Assembly (NCBI GenBank): GCA_030324005.1
Contig: JARDVH010000163.1
Coordinates: 26,425,324-26,489,323, forward strand
Direction: 5' to 3'
Origin: Negaprion brevirostris
Lineage: Eukaryota
Length of the DNA: 64,000 bases
Shown here: one piece after another, positions 59,025 to 64,000 of the stretch
Layout of the letters: each line of letters starts with the position of its first letter
Position numbering within the stretch: position 1 is the stretch's first letter
Translations under genes and position numbers: made by a program
Notes under the pieces: model-generated
What the model was told of the DNA's origin: nothing
Databases searched by the model: none
The model's input: only the letters and a program-made list of their open reading frames with translations

Positions 59025-59125
59025 GCCATTTCCCCATCCCCTACCACTAAGTCCCCCCTCTCATCCTCTAAGGGTCCAACGCTCACCCTAACCAGCCTCT
59101 TCCTTTTTATATATTTATAAAAACT
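59025..59125 (-). mobile_element. CR1 ORF2 fragment (separate copy)
   Basis: KSFYKYIKRKRLVRVSVGPLEDERGDLVVGDGEMAEVLNNF. Confidence 0.8.
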
Positions 59126-59704
59126 CTTGCTAGAACATGTAAGCTGAGGTGTTTCATATTTGTAGGCCATTACATGGTTGTCAATATGGTAAGTTATATA
59201 ATAACTACTGCCGATTTTGGACTACAGAATGAAATATAATACTGAAAGATGAAAAGTAGTATATTGAATCATTCTTCATGATTCAGGAATTTAGATGCTC
59301 TTCATAAATAATATTTTCTTGACTCTTATCTAATGAAATAAGTGCTGCCAGACTAAAACTTGGTAACATTGCAAGTGTACGACTTCCTTAATTTGGCACT
59401 TTAGTTTATTTACGAGGTTTATGAATGTTAATTTAACTGTCTCTTCTAAACTTTATCTTTTAGTGTGGAGATAAATGTTCATTCCATCTTCCTGATCTAT
59501 TTATCAAAGGTAATTTGACATTATGAACTTAATAGGCCAGTTCCACTGCAGTTTCTAAATTGGTATGAGACAATTTTTGCATTTACCTGATGTTTCAACA
59601 ATAATACAACTCTGTTTTGAGCCCACCAATTTGAAGCCATCTCATATAAAGATTATGAGCTCCACTGATGGCTTTAAGAATTGTTGAGGCTTTGAGACAA
59701 AAAT

Positions 59705-59900
59705 GTTTAAACCCTGCTTCTTCATGCATTAGCCAGCCTGAGCTTAGGTAGGTAATGATAGGAGTGCTCCAATTAGAATTGCCTCAGCCTCCTTGTACTA
59801 GAAAGGGGAAAACATAGACCAATTTCTCATCGTTGATTGCTCTCCTGTGACATATGCTGAGAATGCTGGCATCAGTTGAGGACAGACAGGATTGACTGTN
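59705..59900 (+). mobile_element. Ancient LF-SINE-like relic
   Basis: aattgcctcagcctccttgtactagaaaggggaaaa...tgattgctctcctgtgac...tgaggacagacaggattgactgt follows the recalled LF-SINE consensus. Confidence 0.5.
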
Positions 59901-59933
59901 NNNNNNNNNNNNNNNNNNNNNNNNNNNNNNNNN

Positions 59934-60320
59934 CACCTTGGAAGCAGTGAAATATTCCTAAATGATTCATAGGAGCGTTACCAAACAACATTTGATACAG
60001 AGCCACAAAAGGAGAGATTAGGGCAAATGATCAAAAGCTTTGTCAGAGAGATAAGTTTTAAGGAGCATCTTAAAGGAAGAGAAAGGAAGAGAGGTGGAGA
60101 GTCTTGATGTTACTTATAGTAAGGCAGCAGAATTTCATGACCTCAGTTTTATGCAGGGTGGAAGGTGGGATTCTGACCAAGAGTGCATTGGAATACTCAA
60201 GTCTGGGGGTAAACAAAGGCAACTATGAAGGTTAAAGCAACAGATGAGCCAGGGATGGAGATGATATTATGGAGGTGTAAATAGACAACCTTAGTGATGG
60301 CATGGACATGTGATTAGAAC
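59934..60320 (-). mobile_element. L2-type LINE 3' fragment
   Basis: atttgatacagagccacaaaaggagagattagggcaaatgatcaaaagctttgtcagagagataagttttaaggagcatcttaaagg is an inverted L2-like 3' end. Confidence 0.6.
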
Positions 60321-61724
60321 CTCAGTACGTCATCCAGTTGAATAATCTGTCATTGTTCACTGTAGAGGCCCACAATGAATTATGGGCAATTGGTAATGTT
60401 CTGCTTGGTGACTGGTGGCTGTGGAAGTTCAAAAAGGAGGGTAGACATTTGTCAATGGAAAAGCAACAAGAACACATAATAATAATTCATCTGATTAATG
60501 GTAACCTCTGGTGAGAGATGTCGACATAATATAATGATTGTATAGAATTACCTTTCATGTTGGTAGATATCTAGACTACAGATAAATAATTCAAACTAAG
60601 CATTTTATTATTGAACAAAATTAACTCCATATCTGNNNNNNNNNNNNNNNNNNNNNNNNNNNNNNNNNNNNNNNNNNNNNNNNNNNNNNNNNNNNNNNNN
60701 NNNNNNNNNNNNNNNNNNNNNNNNNNNNNNNNNNNNNNNNNNNNNNNNNNNNNGTTAACTGTAATAAAAAAACTCTTCATTTTCTCTTTATATTTTATTT
60801 AGTACCTTGGCATCTGTTGCAAAGTTACAGCCTTACTCGATTGAGACTGAGTCAGTTAAGTTACTGACTGTTGTTATGACATTTGCCCTACAGGCATATG
60901 GAGTGAAAACTGATATTTTCATATCCATAATATTTCACTAAACTTAATGTGATATATACACTCTGAGATTAAGTTACAACCTTTGTTCCCTTCTCCAGTA
61001 TCTGCCATTGTGTTTGTGTATAGTGCATCTACTAATGTTTTTCAAAATATAAGCTTGTTTGAAAGTTCTGAGATATATTGTCATTTTTGATGCTTTACGA
61101 GCAGTACAATGTTCATCATAGATATCAATGACCTCCTTGTGGAATCTTCATGCATGTGAAGGTACGATCGTATAAAGTATTCAGATCATATAAAAAAGTT
61201 CTCTGCTGCACATCATTAAACTGTGGACAGATTCACTGGCCAGAAAGTACCACTTGGATTGATCATCCAGAAACTACTACACTGCACAAAGTTGAATGGC
61301 CTGTAACTACTCGATTGCACAACACTAATGAACCAGGAGCTACTCCACTGCTGTCACAATGACAAACGTCTGTGTAACTGCTGTTTGTTTGTTCCTTTCT
61401 TTCCCCAGCTCTAATAAAGCTTCATTTCAAGAAAGTACCTATTGCCTGTGGGGTCATTCATTTTTAAAATTACATTCTCACAGAATTTACATTGAACATA
61501 TACACTTAGCATAATGGACTAGCTTATATTGCTTAAAGGGGAAAAGACAGTCAGAATTCTGTAATAGAAAACTGATGCTGCGAGAAATTCACCAATGCGA
61601 AAAGTAAGGACAGTAAATATCATTTCAAATGTGTACCCTTTGTGAGATGGCAAGGTGCATTTTGTCCAACAGCAAATGACTTGTCAGTGCAGGTTCTTTT
61701 AATATATCCCTTTGAAGCAGTGCT

Positions 61725-61922
61725 GCTCCCATAGGATAGTGGATACAGTGTTAACCCTAGCCTTACAAAAAGCAACTGGACAAATACTTGAAGGAGAAAA
61801 CATTGCAGGGATATGAAAAAGAATCGGGGTGTGGGACGAACTGGCTAGTTCTTTGAAAGAGCCAGCCCAGACTTGATAAGCCGAATAATCTCCTTCTGTG
61901 CTGTTCTAAGTTTCTATGACTC
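61725..61922 (+). mobile_element. CR1 3' tail relic
   Basis: ctggacaaatacttgaaggagaaaacattgcagggatatg...gccgaataatctccttctgtgctgttctaagtttctatgact. Confidence 0.75.
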
Positions 61923-62307
61923 TCGTCTGATGAAGGACATTCTCTGTGGAGATAAAGAAATACGAAGGGAAGTTAGTATTTCAATTTGGATTGGGTTAGT
62001 TAGACCAAAAGGCTCATTTCCATGTGTCTCTACATATCTTATGGATCAATATTTCTGGTGGTATAGGATTTCCAAGTGATATTATCATTTTCCAGGGTGG
62101 TTTTGGTTTTAACCATTCCAACAGTGGAGAGGAATTGTTCTATTCCCAGAAGAACAGCCATACTCATGTGGAAATGCATTTAACTCCAGTATTCCATCAG
62201 TGTTGAACATTGGAAGTGAATTAAAAATGTCAAAATATGACTTGTAAAAGATTGATGCACAGCATGAAAAATGATTCCGGCTTAATGAACAAATGTGATT
62301 GACCATT

Positions 62308-62993
62308 GGCCAGAATTTGCTGGATTGGTACATCTTATGGTATACACCATTAGTTAGACATTTCAATATTTGTTTTGCGCCCTAACTTGCTGTAAGTAAA
62401 AGCTGATGATGATGTGATAGGACAATGGATGACTTTAGACCTTACTGAATGTGGAGCCAAATTAAATCAATGAGATTTAAGAATTGAGAATTGAGCAGAG
62501 AAGCAACTGAAATGAGTGTGTTAGACAGGTCAGGTACAGAATGAGAAATATGAGACGGGACAAAAGATTGGATTAAGAGAGATAAAAATGAGAAAAGTGA
62601 GGACTTGTTTTTTAAAAAAAGATGCTTTAAAACCTACAACAATTCATACCTTAAGAATTGACGCTCCACAGTTTAAGTTGCAGTTTTCTGGGCCAGAGTG
62701 GTTAATTGTCAGTCATGAACAACTATCACATTGTTAAAAGAGTACATGCACTATTAATTTGTACGTTTAGTGGCTAATTAGTATTCAAATCTAGCAAGTT
62801 ATTAAAAGTGACTGGGAGGTTCAAGCTAACTGTGGTTTGTGCAAAGCTAATTGTGGTATGGTCATCCAGCAGCTTGTGGCAATTTGTGACTAACAGGATA
62901 TATTTTTCTCGACATAGGTTGTAGAACCATTTACACTATTACAAAAGCAAGTGGCATTAAGATTACCATGATCACAACAGCAAAATTTGAACC
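62308..62993. mobile_element. Old non-autonomous DNA transposon (~690 bp)
   Basis: Degenerate TIRs ggccagaatttgctg / cagcaaaatttgaacc. Confidence 0.35.
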
Positions 62994-63114
62994 TGGATAT
63001 TTACAATAATAATATTGGTCACCACCACTTGACCTACTCTGGACAGTAAAACATTTTGGTTACTGTCATGTAACTATTATTAATATTGGCTTTTATTTGG
63101 ATAACATCTTTTTA

Positions 63115-63455
63115 AAGTTAACGTTTATTTATTAGTCACAAATAAGGCTTACATTAACAGTACAATTAAGTTACTGTGGAGTTCCAAGTCACCACATTTT
63201 GGCACCTGTTTGGATCACATCTTTCAGACTGTGGGAGGAAACCCGAGCACCCAGAGGAAACCCACACAGACACAAGGAGAACGTGCAAACTCCACACAGA
63301 AAGTGACCCAAGCTGGGAATCAAACCCAGGCCCCTTGNNNNNNNNNNGAAACCCACACAGATACAGGGAGAATGCACAAATAGTGACCCAAGCCAGGAAT
63401 CGAACCTTAGCCCCTGGCATCGTGAGGCAGCAGTGCTAAATCACTGTGCCACCAT
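63115..63455 (-). mobile_element. V-SINE with the same tail as the 4976 copy
   Basis: Inverted tail tttatttattagtcacaaataaggcttacattaac, V-domain and tRNA head ending cactgtgccacc. Confidence 0.85.
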
Positions 63456-64000
63456 TAGTCTGCTGGCAATTAACCAGAAAATAAATCACCCCGTCCCCCT
63501 GGGTTGCTTCAGACTTCCAACCAATCCCCTCTGCCAACATCTCTGATGTATCAGATCTTGCCAAAGTAATATATGACTTGCATTTTTAATGTTTAATGTC
63601 TGTCTTTCTTTCTTTGCTCGTGTCTTACAGTGTGAATGTACTGATTGTTGTCCATGAAACAAACTTCCAGTGTGACCTGCTGCTACTTTTTCCATCACTC
63701 TAAATAGCACAAGCGGTAACTTCACATTAAACTTGCATTGATAGATTGTTAATGAAAATCTAGTGATGTAAACTAGCAGAGATCTGTGCTCTGGGAGAAA
63801 AAAAATTCAAGTGGTTTGATAAGTGTCAGGAGTATCCATTAATGGCTTTAGTGTGAGACTGCTGCTGGTATCGGGCAACTTCAGCTGATCAAAGCATTAG
63901 ACTTTAATCAGCTCGCGCCCCATTCCACCATTGAAGGAGTATGATTGCACAATATAGCCACACTAATTATCAAAGTATTAATATTCATGAATTACATAAT

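Noticed and set aside
8263-60802. Long ORFs containing X runs (e.g. 8263-8913, 21284-21946, 35024-35743, 47485-48072)
   Set aside because: They exist only because N gaps contain no stop codons.
1-64000. CRISPR arrays, operons, rRNA or prokaryotic defence systems
   Set aside because: Vertebrate genomic DNA; no repeat-spacer arrays or such genes seen. The RT motifs belong to ordinary decayed LINEs.

Overview
Eukaryotic, not prokaryotic, DNA: a gappy draft assembly from a cartilaginous fish, most likely a shark (inferred from HE1-type V-SINEs and CR1/HER1-type LINEs). The window is centred on the single-exon Sox2 gene (29697-30629, +), the only credible protein-coding gene here. Recognisable parts of its regulatory landscape are the core promoter/TSS block, the N2/SRR1 enhancer about 2.5-3 kb upstream, an SRR2-like element about 3.5 kb downstream of the ATG, a conserved 3'UTR and several candidate conserved non-coding elements. 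From about 17 to 53.5 kb the DNA is nearly free of young transposons and retains CpG. The flanks are CpG-depleted and filled with decayed CR1, Rex1/Babar, L2, Gypsy, Harbinger, hAT, MITE, V-SINE and LF-SINE-like relics. Best leads: (1) the SRR2 homologue keeps the octamer but lacks the Sox half-site of the mammalian Sox-Oct pluripotency element; (2) splice signals suggest a + strand non-coding host transcript (SOX2-OT-like) with Sox2 in its intron; (3) the ~36 kb CpG-retaining domain; (4) Sox3-like residues in this Sox2; (5) specific motif grammars in candidate enhancers. Cross-species comparisons come from recalled sequence, not from a search, and repeat boundaries are approximate. I found no new protein-coding system.
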